Source of the DNA: the human T2T-CHM13v2.0 reference genome, Homo sapiens
DNA length: 64,000 nt
Direction: 5' to 3' (one strand)
Assembly (NCBI RefSeq): GCF_009914755.1
Contig: NC_060932.1
The notes below the pieces were generated by a model. It saw nothing but the letters and a program-made list of their open reading frames with translations. It did not search any database and was not told where the DNA came from. Of this stretch, positions 1 to 20,365 are shown in pieces. Within the stretch, counting starts at the first letter, position 1. Each line of letters opens with the position of its first letter. A program made the translations under genes and the position numbers.

Positions 1-340
1 CAACTAATCTTTAAGAAATTACCATTGGCCAAATTTAGGTATAGTGCCAAAGAAGAAGATTCACAATTATCTGAAAAGGTTCATAAAATACCATTACCTT
101 TTCCAACTACATGTTTGAGTGAGGCCAAATTTTTTTCACATACTTCAACCAAAATAATATGTAACAGTTTGAACATAGAGGCACATATGAAGATCTAGCT
201 GCCTTCTGTTGAAGAGATTTTCAAAAATGTAAAACAATACCCTCTTCATAAATTTTTCTTATTTTGAAAAACAGAATTCTTTTTTATGAAAATATGTTAT
301 TTATATCAACATATAATGGGCTTATTGCTATAATTTTTAA
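1..340 (+). mobile_element. Charlie1-type hAT DNA transposon, 3' part (continues at 1960-2128)
   Basis: Resembles the Charlie1 3' region (ccttttccaactacatg...tcacatacttcaaccaaaa...aaaaatgtaaaacaat), from the hAT transposase C-terminal region. Orientation relative to the consensus is approximate. Confidence 0.75.
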
Positions 341-1955
<1,615 letters not shown>

Positions 1956-1959
1956 TACC

Positions 1960-2128
1960 ACTGCTATTTTAAATGAATATATAAATACCTTTAAATGTTC
2001 TCAATTTTAATTTTTAATAAAACAAATATAAGTATATACAAACTGTATAATTAAAAACTCTTTAGAGTTCTCAATAATTTTTTTAAATGAAAAGTGTCCT
2101 GAGGTAAAACAATTTAAGAAGCCCTATT
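1960..2128 (+). mobile_element. Charlie1 terminal segment
   Basis: aaaactctttagagttctcaataattttt...tgtcctgagg...aatttaagaagccct matches the Charlie1 terminus and continues the 1-340 piece. Confidence 0.65.
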
Positions 2129-2129
2129 G

Positions 2130-2830
2130 TAGAAAAAACCTTTCTCATGAGCAGCATGAAAAATATACAAGAATATTTATAGCAGTACTGTTAGTAATAG
2201 CAAAAACTGGAAACCATTCAGCACCAGTATGATAAATGGAATACGGTATATTCATACAATGGAATACCATATATCAGTGAAAATTAATGATCTAAAACAT
2301 GCACAACAACAAGGATGAATTTCACTAATATAATGTCAAAGGGAATAAAAGAAAGCAGAAGGAGAATACATCCAGTATGATTACATTTCTATACAACTTA
2401 AAAGTAATCAAAGCTAAAAACAGAAAAAAAATCAAATCTAAATAATCTACTTTTAGTTATGCAAAGGACTGAGACAAGCAATGGAATGATAGACACAAAA
2501 TTCAGCATAAAGTTGACCTCTGAAGAATGAACCTCAGGAATGGATTGGGAAATGGTGTGTTGGGAACTTCAAAGATAATGCTTCATTTTATTTACTGGGA
2601 GTAAGTACATGGCTACTTGTTCTACTTTTATCCTTCATACTATACACATATTTTATAAATATTTTATATCTAACCAGTTTTTGTCAAAACAATAAAAATT
2701 ATATAGACAAATAAAGCTCACACAAAACTAAGTCCACTTTTGAAAATGAAGACTAAAGTAGAAAGACTTGCCCTACTAAATATATTATAAAACCATACTG
2801 ATAAAAACAATATGGCATATGCAAGGACAA
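2130..2830 (+). mobile_element. Ancient L1M/L1ME fragments
   Basis: Degenerate L1 3' motifs (atttatagcagtactgttagtaatagcaaaaactgg, tatattcatacaatggaatac) followed by ORF2-like gacttgccctac...tattataaaacc. Confidence 0.6.
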
Positions 2831-2843
2831 AAACAGTCCAAAG

Positions 2844-3900
<1,057 letters not shown>

Positions 3901-3914
3901 AAAAACAGTCCAAA

Positions 3915-4203
3915 GCCAGGCATGGTGGCTCAAGCCTGTAATCCCTGCACTTTGAGAGGCTGAAGCATGAGGATCACTTGAGGCCACGAGTTCAGGGCAA
4001 ACCTGGACAACATAGGGAGGCCCTATCTCTACAAAAAAATTAAAAAACTAGCCAGGCATGATGGCATATATCTATAGTTCCAGCTACTCTGGAGGCTGAG
4101 GTGAGAGGATCACTAAGTCCAGGAGGCTGAGGCTGCAGTGAGCCATGATCATGCTGCTGCACTCCAGCCTGGGTGGCAGAGCAAGACTCCTCTGCAAAAA
4201 AAA
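3915..4203 (+). mobile_element. AluJ
   Basis: Diverged dimer with J-type gaggatcacttgaggcc and gagccatgatcatg. Confidence 0.9.
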
Positions 4204-4389
4204 GGTAAAATTTAAAAAATAACAATCTAAAAGAAGAAAAGAAAACTATGATAGAGCCCTTGTATGTATGGGGCTGAAACCCACAAATTAAACTGAAACA
4301 GATTATTAATATATGGTGTTGGGAAAATTGTCTTACTAGATTAAGAAAAATAGAAGATGGCTTCATAGCTGAATTCTGCAAACATTTAA

Positions 4390-4782
<393 letters not shown>

Positions 4783-7142
4783 CTCGAAACTCATTTAATG
4801 AGGCCAACATTATCCTAATATGAAAGCCAGAGAAAGACACTACAAGGAAAGAAAACTACAGGCCAATATTACTGATGCATATAGATGTAAAAGTCCTCAA
4901 AAAATAAACTAGCAAACTTTGTTTACCAGCACATTAAAAGGATCATTCACCATAATCAAGTGCAATTTATCCTTGGGATGCAAGGTTAGGATGTGCAAAT
5001 TAATAAATGCGATTCACCATATTAACAGAATGATCAGTCAAAATTCAATATTCTTTCATGACAAAAAAAAACTCAATAAATTAAGTATAACAAGAATATT
5101 TCTCAACACAATGCAGGCCATATATGACAATCCTCCAGCTAATGTCATACCCAGTGGTGAAAAGCATCATCAAGACAAGGATGCCCACAAGACAGTCTCA
5201 CTACTGCTGCTCAACATATTACTGGAAGTCCTAGCAAGAGCAATTGGGCAAAAGAAAGAAATAAAAGGAATCCAAATGGAGAAGAATGAAGTGAAATCAT
5301 CCCTGTTTTCTGAAGACATAATTTTGTATATAGAAAATCCTAAAGACTCCACCAAAAACTGCTAGAACTTATAAACAAATTCAGTAAAGTTGAAGGACAC
5401 GAAATTTAGTAATAAATATCAGTGGCATTTCTACACACTACAACAAGCTGCCTGAAAAATAAATTAAGAAAACAATCCCGTTTACAATTGTATCCAAAAA
5501 ATTTTAACCAATGAAGTCAACAATCTATATATGTAAAACTATAACCTTCAATAAAAAGAAATAGGAGATGACACTAATAAATGGAAAGATAGCTCATGTT
5601 CATGGATTGGAAGAGTTTGCATAATTAAGTGTTCATACTCCCCCAAACAATCTTCAGATTCCATATAATTCCTATTAAAATTCATTCTTCACAGAAATAG
5701 AAAAAAAAATCCTAAAATTTGTGTTGGGACCACAAAATATTCCAAATAACCAAATCAAGCTTGACTAAACAAACCAACAAAAACAAAGCTAGAAACATCA
5801 CACTACAGAATTTCATCTATTAGAAAGCCACAGTAATCAAAATAGCATGAAACCGGCATAAAAACAGATATATCAACGAATGGAATAGAATAGGAAGCAC
5901 AGAAACTCACACAGTCAACTGATTTTTGACAAAGGTGCCAAGAACACACAATGTGGAAAGAAAAATGTCTTCAATAAGTGGGCAAATGAATATCAATAGA
6001 CAAAAGAATAAAAATGGACCCTATCTAACCTCTTATAAGAATCAACTTAAAATGGTTTAAAGTCTTAAACTTAAGACCTGAAACTATGAAACTACTAGAA
6101 GAACACATAGGGGGAAACCTCCATGACATTGGTCTGGACAGTGACTTCTTGAATATGACCCCAAAAGCACAGTCAATAAAAGCAAAAATATATAAATGGG
6201 ATTGTTTCAAATGAAAAAGCTTCTGCACTGCAAAGGAAAAAAGTAATAGAGTGAAGAGACAACCTACAGATTGGAAAAAAGTATTTGCAAATTACACATC
6301 AGATAAGGGGCTAAAATCCAAAAAACACAAGAAACTCAGAGTACTCATTAATAAGAAAACAAATAACCCTATTTTTAAAATGGGCAAACAACTTGTATAG
6401 ACATTTCTCAAAAGAAGACATAGAAATGGCCAACAGATAAATAAAAACATGATTAACATCTCTAATCATCAGAGAAATGCAAATTAAAATCACAATGAGT
6501 ACCACCTTACACCTGTTACACTGGTTATTATCAAAAAGATGAAAAATAACAAGTGTTAGTGAGAATATGAAAAGAAAGGAACACTTATATGCTGTTGGTG
6601 GTATTGTAAATTAATTACCATATGATCTAGCAATCCCACTAATGGATGTATACCCAAAGGTACTGTAATAAGTATATCAAGAGATGTCTGCACTCCCATG
6701 TTCATTGCAGCATTATTCACAACAGCCAAGTTATGAAAACCTAAATGTCCATCAATGGATTAATAATTTTTAAATGTGCTATAGATACATGCAATATAAT
6801 TCTTTTCAGCCTTAGAAAAACAGAAAATTCTGTCATTGGCAAAACGTGAATGAACTTAGAAGCATTATGTTGAGTGAAATAGGCCACGCACAGAAAGGGA
6901 AATACTGTATGACACTTACATGTGCAATCTAAAACAGTTGAACTCATACAAGTAGAGAGTAGAATGGTGGTTTCAAGGGCTGGCAGGGTGAGGGTGGGAT
7001 GGGGAAAGAGCAGACGTGGGTCAACAGGTACAACGTTTCAGTTAGATACATATAAAAAGTTCTGGTGATCTACTATTGCATAGCATGGTGACTATGGCCA
7101 ATAATAGTGTGTTGATTTCAAAATAGCTAATAAAAAATTTTA

Positions 7143-7355
<213 letters not shown>

Positions 7356-7479
7356 CTAATTGGCTTGATTTGATTATTCCCCAATGTATAAATGTGTCAA
7401 AACACCACATTGTACCTCATAAATATATGCATATATTATGTGTCAATGAAAATAAAATAAAACTTTAAAAAAAGACAGA

Positions 7480-7848
7480 GATATAGAAATGGATCCTTAC
7501 CTACCTCAGCATCTCACAAAGGACTCCAGATGAATTAAATATCTAAATATGAAAGATAAATATTTACATCTTATTTATAACTTAGGGCTAGAAAAGAACT
7601 GCATAGACGAAACCCAAAAAACACAAACCATAAGGTAAAAATTAATGGATTTTATAATCCATTATAAAACTGCTGGATGCACGATATCAAACAGTCATGC
7701 AATAAAAGTTGGCTGACAAATAGGAGAATGGGAGAAGATATTTACAACATCTGAAACTGGGAAGGGACCAATATCAAGAATCTTCAAGGAACTCCCACAA
7801 ATCAAAAAGTCAACAAGAAAAATTGAGAAGATCAAAAGAAAATGGTCA
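7480..7848 (+). mobile_element. Ancient L1ME ORF2 fragment (continues 13474-14072 and 14385-14500)
   Basis: Degenerate L1 motifs (ccagatgaattaaatatctaaat, gggagaagatatttacaacat) resuming after the L1PA7 TSD. Confidence 0.6.
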
Positions 7849-8507
7849 GTGTAAACAAAGCCGCCAGGAAGTTCAGACTGGGCAAAGCCCACTGCAGTGC
7901 CACAAAGCCAGGGTAGCCAGACTGACTCTCTAGATTCCTCCTCTCTGGGCAGGGCACCTCTGAAAGAAAGGCAGCAGGCCCAATCAAGGGCTTACAGATA
8001 AAACTCCCACCTCCCTGGGACAGAGCACCTGAGGGAGGGGGTGGCTGTGGGCGCAGCTTCAGCATACTTAAATGTTCCTGCCTGCCAGCTCTGAAGAGAG
8101 CAGTGGATCTCCCAGCATAGCCCTGGAGCTCCGCTAAGGGACAGGCTGCCTCCTCAACTGGGTCCCTGACCCTGGAGCCTCCTGATGGGGAGACACCTCC
8201 CAGCTGGGGTCAACAGACACCTCATACAGGAGAGCTCCAACTGGCATCTGGTACGAAGCTTCCAGAGGAAGGAGCAGGTAGCAATCTTTGCTGTTCTGAA
8301 GCCTCCACTGGTGATACCCAGGCAAACAGGGTCTGGAGTGGACCCCCAGCAAACTCCAGCAGACCTGCAGAAGAGGGGCCTGACTGTTAGAAGGAAAACT
8401 AACAAACAGAAAGCAATAGCATCAACATCAAAAAAAAAGGATGACCAAGCAAAAACTCCATCTGAAGGCCACCAACAGCAAAGACCAAAAGTAGATAAAT
8501 CCATGAA

Positions 8508-9355
8508 GAGGAGGAAAAACCAGTGCAAACAATCTGAAAATGCTAAAAACAAGAATGCTTCTTCTCTTCCAAAGGATCACAACTCATCGCCAGCAAGGGA
8601 ACAAAACCAGATGGAGAATGAGTTTGACGAACTGACAGAAGTAGGCTTCAGAAGGTGGGTAATAACAAACTCCTCTGAGCTAAAGGAGCATGTTCTAACC
8701 CAATGCAAGGAAGATTAGAACCTTAATAAAAGGTTAGAGGAATTGCTAACTAGAATAACCAGTTTAGAGGAGGACATAATTGACCTGATGGAGCTGAAAA
8801 ATACAGCACAAGAACTTCATGAAGCATACACAAGTATCAATAGCCGAACCGATCAAGTGGAAGAAAGGATATCAGAGATTGAAGATCAACTTAATGAAAT
8901 AAAGCATGAAGACAAGCTTAGAGAAAACAGAATGGAAAGGAATGAACAAACCTCCAAGAAATATGGGACTATGTGAAAAGACAAAACCTACGTTTCACTG
9001 GTGTACCTGAAAGTGACAGGGAGGATGGAACCAAGTTGGAAAACATACTTCAGGATATTTTCCAAGAAAACTTCCCCAACCAAGCAAGACAGGCCAACAT
9101 TCAAATTCAGGAAATACAGAGAACACCACAAAGATAATCCTCAAGAAGAGCAACCCCAAGATACATAATCATCAGATTCACCAAAGTTGAAATGAAGGAA
9201 AAAATGTTAAGGGCAGCCAGAGAGAAAGGTCGGGTTACCCACAAAGGGAAGCCCATCAGACTAACAGAAAATCTCTCTGCAGGAACCTTACAAGCCAGAA
9301 GAGAGTGGGGACCAATATTCAACATTCTTAAAGAAAAGAATTTTCAATCCAGAAT
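8508..9355 (+). pseudogene. L1 ORF1 remnant (stops and frameshifts, C-terminus deleted)
   Basis: Translations KDHNSSPAREQNQMENEFDELTEVGFRRWVITNSSELKEHVLTQCKE and LLTRITSLEE..DLMELKNTAQEL match ORF1p. Confidence 0.9.
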
Positions 9356-9422
9356 GTAAAGACCATCGACACTATGAAGAAACTGCATCAACTAATGGGC
9401 AAAATAACCAGCTAGCATCATA

Positions 9423-13241
<3,819 letters not shown>

Positions 13242-14072
13242 ACAATGAGAACATAAGGGCACAGGGAGGGGAACATCACACAACACCGGGTACTGTTGGG
13301 GAGTGAGGGGCAAGGGGAGGGAGGGATACCATTAGGAGAAATATCTAATGTAGATGACGGGTTGATGCGTGCAGCAAACCACTATGGCGCATGTGTACCT
13401 ATGTAACAAACCTGTACATTCTGCACATGTACCCCAGAACTTAAAGTATAATTTAAAAAAAAGAAAATGGTCAATAACTATGAATAGTCATTTCACAGAA
13501 GCGAAATCTCAAAAGTACAAGAAGCACTAAAGAGATGCTCAAATTGATTAGTAATTAGAGAAAAATGTATTAAGCAACAATGCTCTATCTTAACGTCTGT
13601 CAGCTTGGCAAAAACTTAGAACCCTGGATAACGCGAGTGATTTTTGAGGCTGTGAGAATGTGGGAGTCCTGGCGCAGTGGTGGTAAGGGTGCAGAGAGGT
13701 GCAGCCAGTTTTAGGAATCATTCTGTAATAACTCAGAAGAAACATTTAGTTACTCTCTCTGGCCTAAAAATTCTGCTCCTGGGTAGGTATAGTAGAGAAA
13801 TTCTTCCATAGGTTCCAAAGGGACTCATATGAGGCTGTTTATTGCAGTATTGGTTGTGCTGGAGGGAGGATAAAAGGCAACCTGAGCGTCCTTTCTAGAG
13901 GGGAAGGCATAGAATACATGTGGTCGGTGCACAAGGTGTAATGCTCTGCAGCAGTTAGAAGCAAGAGACCAGAAGTACACAGACCAACATGAAGAGAGGC
14001 TACAAATATATTGCTGTACTAAAACAAAGAAATAACAATTCCATTTATGTACATTAGAATACTTCCACACAC

Positions 14073-14384
14073 TGTTGTAGAAAAAAACAGGTTCTTGTCA
14101 CACAACCAGGAAAGATTCAGCTCACAGACACTTTGAAGGGTGAGGGGAAATGGAATTTACTGGGCAAAAAGGAAAATAACTCAGCAAAGCGAGAGGTGTT
14201 TCTGTTAACAGACCCCCACCTCACAGATTGAATTCCAGGTCACTACCCAGGAACAGGAGAGGCCAGGCTCCTCCCCTCCTGCAAATGGCGAGAACGTCCT
14301 GAGGCTCCACCCCGTCCTCCCAGTGCTCAGGCTGGTGGGAGATTCTCCGGGACCTTCCACCTTATCTTCTTCCTGCACCTATCA
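14073..14384 (-). mobile_element. MER61-like ERV1 solo LTR
   Basis: TG...CA termini, exact 4-bp TSD acac on both sides, MER61-like ccttcaaagtgtctgtgagc...tgtgacaagaacc on the minus strand. Confidence 0.75.
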
Positions 14385-15101
14385 ACACTATATATAATAC
14401 ATATTCTACAGCAACACAAACCATGATGAAAGAATACATATCAGGTAGCTTAGAAAGATCTTCTAAGAGAGGGAAGTAAAAGGAAATGAGAATTTAAAAG
14501 TCATAAATAACAAAGCACAGCAATAAGAAAGGAGCCTTCCAGAAATAAATGATAAGATGCCCTGAAACAAATACCACGATTAACTAAATCTTCTGCACCT
14601 AAAGTAAGAAGAAAAAAAAAAGAGCAAGAGTTTGAAAATCATAGTGTGACTGCCTGGGGCATTCCCTGAATGCTTGGCCCAGAGGTCTCTCCCGCTGGCA
14701 CATGGAGAAGAGGCAGAGGAGCTCCTCCAGAGGAACCATCTCTGAATCTCCACCTCTGTCTACTTTTCTATGAAAAGCTGCTTAAACTTTCATAGGGTCT
14801 AATAAGCATTTGGATGGGAACAAAAGGAGAAAGATGTCAGATTAGTCAGGATTCTCTAGAGAAACAGAACCACCAGGATATATGTATATAATATGTATTA
14901 TATATAGTGTGTGTGTTTACAAGGAAACTTTAAAAAGTTTATGGAAAATGCTTATATGAAAACACTATGTCTGCATGGATTTTAATTTTTTATACCAAAA
15001 TAAACTTGTACTAACTTGTTATAATATGTCTGAACAGGACCTAGTTTGAGGCACTAAGAAGGATGAGACACCAGTTTGAAAATAGCCCCTAATGGAGCAA
15101 T

Positions 15102-16465
15102 ATGAATTCTACTAAAATTGAACCAAGAAAAAACATCAAATTGATAGTGAAGCTTCAGTGGAAAAATGGTGAAATCATTGATGCTTTACAAAAAAAATGT
15201 ATGCGGAGAGTTCCCCAAAGAAATCAGGAATTGCATGTGGATAAATCATTTTAAGAAGTGACAGGACGATGTTGAAGATGAAGCTTGAAGCAGCAGACTA
15301 TTCACATCAATTTGAAAGGAAAAAATTTATCTTGTTTATGTTCTAATTGAAGAGGACTCATGGTTAACAGCAGAAACAATAGCCAGCACCGTAGACATTT
15401 CAACTGCTTCAGTTCACACAATTCTCTGAATAATTAAAGTTGAGCAAACTTTCCTCTTGATGGGTGCCAAAGCTGTTGCACCAAGATCAGTTGCAGACAG
15501 CAGCAGAGCTTTCGATGGAAATTTTAGACAAGTGGGATCAAGATCCTCAACCATTGCTTCAGAGAACTGTAGCAGGAGATGAAACATGGCCTTACCAGTA
15601 TGATCCTGAAGACAAAGAGCAAGCAAAGCAATGGCTACTGAGAGGTGGCTGTGGTCCAGCCAAAGCAAAAGCAGACCGGCCAAGAGCAAGGAACATGGCA
15701 ACAGTGTCTTGGCATGCTGAAGGCATTTTGCCTGTTGACTTTCTGCAGGGCTTGCAAGTCACAGTGGCTCATGCCTGTAATCCCAGCACTTTGGGAGGCT
15801 GAGGCAGGGAGATCACTTGAGGCCAGGAGTTCAAAACCAGCCTGGGCAATAAAATAAGGCTTCATTGCTACAAAAAAAATTTAAAAGTTAGCCAGGCATG
15901 CTGGCACACTCCTGTAGTCCCACCTACATAGGAGTCTGAGGTAGGAGGATTGCTTGGGCTTAGGAGTTGGAGGCTGCAGTGAGCTGTGATAAGTGCCACT
16001 ACAATTCAGCCTGAGTGACAGAACGAGACCCTGTCTCAAAAAACAAACCAAAAAAAACAACTTTCAGGAGGGCCAAAGAATGGTAACATCCACTTATTGC
16101 AAGAGAGTTTTGAGAACGTTAGCCAAAACTTTAACAGAAAAACACCCAGGAAAGCTTCGCCAGATAGTCCTTCGCCACGGCAATGCTCTTGCTCATTCCT
16201 TTCAATAAACAAGGAGTTTCAATGGGAGATTATTAGGCATCCACCTTAGAGTACTGATTTGGATCCTTCTTTCTTCTTTTTGTTTCCTAATCTTTAAAAA
16301 TCTGTAAAAGACAGGCATTTTTCTTCAGTTAATTATGTACAAAAAAGACTGCATTGACATGGTTACATTCCCAGGACCCTCAGTTCTTTAGGGATGGACT
16401 AAACGGCTGGTATCATCACTTTCAAAAGTGTCTTGACCTTAATGGAGCTTATGTTGAGAAACTAA
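15102..16465 (+). pseudogene. Mariner transposase pseudogene, interrupted by an Alu
   Basis: MNSTKIE.. start, RTVAGDETWPYQYDPEDK (first catalytic D), HGNALAHS (second D lost), degenerate HPPYSPDL. Stops and frameshifts. Confidence 0.9.
15753..16059 (+). mobile_element. AluJ inside the HSMAR2 transposase
   Basis: Dimer. Degenerate TSD actttctgcagggc / actttcaggagggc. Confidence 0.9.
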
Positions 16466-16525
16466 GTTTATATTTTTAGTCTTATATTATAATTCATTTT
16501 TACATAAACTCTTTGAAGTCCCCTA

Positions 16526-16562
16526 GTGTGTGTGTGTGTGTCTGTGTGTGTGTGTGTGTGTT
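16526..16562. repeat. (TG)n microsatellite
   Basis: Direct inspection. Confidence 0.95.
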
Positions 16563-17539
16563 TGCACGTAGAAACAGAGGAAGATGCATTGGATCTATAT
16601 ATATAGAGAAAGAGACATAATCAAGGAATTGGTTCCCACAATTGCGGGGGCTCACAAGTCTGAAATTCACAGGGCAGACTGGAAACTCTTGGGTAGGAGT
16701 TGATGCTGCAGTGTGGAGGCAGAATTTCCTCTTTCTTAGGAAAACCTCAGTTTTGCTTTCATTGGATGAGGCCCACCCACATTATGAAGGACAATCTCCT
16801 CTACTTAAAGTCAACTGATTGTCCAAGTTAACCCCATCTATAAAATACCTTTGCAACCCCTAGATTAGTGTTTGGCTTAATAATGAGATACTATAGAAGT
16901 CAATTTGAAACATAAAACCGACCATCACAGACTGTATCCAGAAGGGATACAGATCCAGAATAGTCATCGACAACAAATTCATTATGGAAAATTGAGAGTC
17001 TAGGCCTATCTACCCACAAATAGCACCCAGACAGGTCAATGATTTCACCTCTTGTCCCTCCTGGTCTACCACTTCCCCTTCTTACTCATTCTAGAGCTAT
17101 GCCTTGCCACACAGGATTTTGTATTATCATCTTAATTTTACAAATGAGGAGGTGTTCAGAATGGTTAAATATCTGAGTAGCTGACCCCAGGCCACTCACT
17201 GGTGCTGATATTTTAGCTCCAGTCGGCCTGACCTCTTCCAAGAGAGCAAGCCCACTTTCAAACAATATAGACTTCCTACACCCCTTCTTCTAACCTGTTA
17301 GTTGCCTCTCCTTTGAGCTCTCATGATAGCCCATGAAAATCTGAAACCTAACTCTTACCTCTTTATAATTGTCTATTCAATTCCCTGTCTCCCCCACTGA
17401 AATCCAAACTCCTGGTCCTCCCTCTGTGTGCATTGCCTCATCTGATTCTGACATATACATGGTATGAGACACACTTGCTCAGTGTTCCCATTTCCAGAAA
17501 AGACTGTAAAAAGCAAGAGGTGAAGGGCCTCAGTGTTCA

Positions 17540-18340
17540 CATTTCCATAAGCACCTGCTCTCTCCGGCCATAGCTTATAGATCCCAGCATAGACACCTGA
17601 CCCAAGCTGGGTCAGCCAAATCATCTTGTGAGAATCTGAAACTTGAATGGAAGGACACAGTAGTGACAGACAATAAAGAGAGCTGGCTTCCTGGCAGCAT
17701 CTGAGAGAGTTAGCTCTATAAATCCTGTCGCTTGAGACATCAAAGCTGCCCCATCCCTGCCTTCCTGAGGCTTAGTTATTCAGCAATTCTTTCAATTCAG
17801 TCCCCTGAAATCATTAGGGTAAAGGTTAAACTGCTAAAACAAAGGGCCCCCAAATGTAATGGCTCAAACAAACTCCATGTTTATTTATTGCAAATAACAG
17901 TCCATCGGGACTGCTCGGTTCCATGCAGTCATTTATCGGCCCTGACCGCCAGCAGCTCTGCCTCCTTCAACACTAAGTGCCTGTCAGAGCAGCTGGGGCT
18001 GAAATGATTCCAGCCAGAAACAAGGAGGGGAAAAGATGCAGAAGTGAACCTGCAAAGTCTTTGGGGCAAGGCCTGGAAGTGACACCTAAAACTTCTGCTC
18101 ATGCTCCCTGGCAGGAACTTGAACATCAGCCACACCTAGCTGCACGAGTGGGGCTGGGCCATGTCCTTGGCTGGGCAGCCACACCCTGCTTCAACTCCGT
18201 TGCTATGGAAGAAGGAAGAACAGCTTTGGCTGATGCCAGCAGTCTCCAGCTATGAGACATTTCGAATGAATCTCCCCTCCACCCACCAAATAGTTAAAGT
18301 CTATTTCTGTTGCTTACAATCAAAAGAGACTTAGTTAACA
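17540..18340. mobile_element. Old MLT1 (MaLR) LTR fragments
   Basis: gacacctgacccaagctgggtcagcc, ctgctaaaacaaag..caaatgtaatggctcaaacaa and tatttctgttgcttacaatcaaaagagactt resemble old MLT1 LTRs. Highly diverged. Confidence 0.5.
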
Positions 18341-18885
18341 CAGCAGATGCCCTACACTCCTGATGAACAGAGAGCTCATTGACTGATCATTTAGAATACA
18401 TCTGTATTTTGGGGACTGGCAGTTCTACACCTGGGGTAGGAGGAATCTGATGGTGTCAGAGATCGACAGAAATGAATTGTAATCCTTCTGGGGCCAGGAA
18501 AGAACAGAACTCTTTAGAGTTTCATCAAATCAAGGCCTGGTTCTCAGATGCTGGGGAGACTCTGACCTACAAGGAAAGGCTGCTCTTGGGGACACAGATT
18601 CAGGTGGAAGGCGACTCATGCTGAAGCCTTATCAAACTTGCCCAGTACCATCCACAGAGTGGACCATGTGAGGACCCAGCGGCACGCTCAGCGGTCCCAC
18701 TGTCCCACAGGAATGTCCACATGTAGCTAAGGTATTGGTGCTGGGGCTGTCTCTTTGGAAAGAATCCAAACAGTTCTAAAAGGTAGGTCAGTGCCTAGGT
18801 ACCCATGAGCACTGCCCTCCCCCAGACCAGCCCTAACTCCTACAGACACAGAGCCCTGAAAAACGCTTCCTTGTGCTTTGAGTAC

Positions 18886-19231
<346 letters not shown>

Positions 19232-19240
19232 TAAGCTGCT

Positions 19241-19654
19241 TGTGTTAGCTGTTCTTATGTTGCTATAAAGAAATACCTGAGGCTGGGTAATTTATAAAGA
19301 AAAGAGGTTTAATTGGCTCACAGTTCTGCATGCTGTACAAGCATGGCGGTGGCACCTGCTTGGCTTCTGGAAAGGCCTCTGGGAGTTTGTACTCATGACA
19401 GAAGGTGAAAAGGGAGCCACCACCTCACATGGTGAAAGCGAGAGCAAAAGAGTGTGAGTCGGTGGGCTAGGGGGTGCCAAACACATTTAAACAAGCAGAT
19501 CGCGCCAGAATTCACTCACTATCATGGAAACAGCACAAAGCCATGGGGGATTTGCCTCCATGACCCAAACACCTACCACTGGACCCCACCTCCAACACTG
19601 GGGATTATATTTCAACATGAGATTTGGGCAGGGAAAAATATCCAAACTATATCA
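19241..19654 (-). mobile_element. MSTA-like MaLR solo LTR
   Basis: ttgctataaagaaatacctgaggctgggtaatttataaagaaaagagg...atccaaactatatca. 5-bp TSD ctgct/ctgcc. Confidence 0.9.
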
Positions 19655-20019
19655 CTGCCCCCAACTATGACTGAACCCTCCAGGTGCCGAGGGACCCAGA
19701 ACCCAAGAAGCCTGGGTGGGTCCAGGGATAAACCAATGGTGGCCACATGCCCAGAGGGGCTGCCAGCCTCCTGCTCCCCTCGGGGTCACCGCCTCCTGCC
19801 CCTCACTAGCTCCCTTTTGGAAGAAGCACCAGGTAGCTCCTGTCTATGACAAAGGGGGTTGTTCATAGCTCAAATAGTATGGAAGGGGAATTTTCTTAAA
19901 TTACATACAAGAAAATGAGAAGGAAAAGTTCCATGTGGCCAAAGGAATGTGACTCTGTGGGGAGGTGAGAGGACATTGAAAGGCTTGCTTACTAATTTTC
20001 CAGATGTGCATTGCATTTT

Positions 20020-20365
20020 CTCATTCATCTGTGTTTTCACCTACAGGATCTCATTTGATTCTCAAAGCAACCCTGTGAGGTCAGCCAGGCAGGTGTTTTG
20101 ATTCCATTATATGAATGAGAAAACCGAAAGTTTTTAATATTATGTTATATTATATTATATTCTTATATTTCTTATGTCAATTTCTTAACTCCAAGCCTGA
20201 TGACTTTCCCTTTGGAAATAAGACATCGTTGTGAGCACTTACTACATCCTAGGTGTTCTGCCTTCCCTTAAGCTATTGTGTCCAAGCCTCACATCATCTA
20301 AGTCAACTGAATGAGGGAAGTGCTCTTATTATTCCCATTTGACAGGTGAGAAGACAGACTCAGAA
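20020..20365 (-). mobile_element. MIR fragments
   Basis: atctcatttgattctcaaagcaaccctgtgagg and attcccatttgacaggtgagaagacagactcaga are MIR core sequences. Confidence 0.7.

Larger units (their letters stand above)
14920..16526 (+). mobile_element. HSMAR2 (human mariner 2), full length with both TIRs
   Basis: About 31-bp inverted termini (caaggaaactttaaaaagtttatggaaaatg and catttttacataaactctttgaagtcccctag). TA on the left, TG on the right. Transposase motifs present. Confidence 0.92.
14835..16930 (-). mobile_element. MLT2 (ERVL) LTR split by HSMAR2
   Basis: ttagtcaggattctctagagaaacagaaccaccaggata(TA)n at one end and cattggatgaggcccacccacattatg...aaaccgaccatcaca at the other. Confidence 0.8.

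Noticed and set aside
7840-7870. L1 5' junction as a spliced L1 integrant
   Set aside because: No upstream L1 donor segment is present. Simple 5' truncation with a short ca microhomology explains it.
15464-15802. Domesticated transposase (SETMAR-like)
   Set aside because: It is HSMAR2 rather than HSMAR1, the frame is fragmented, an Alu interrupts it and the second catalytic Asp is lost.
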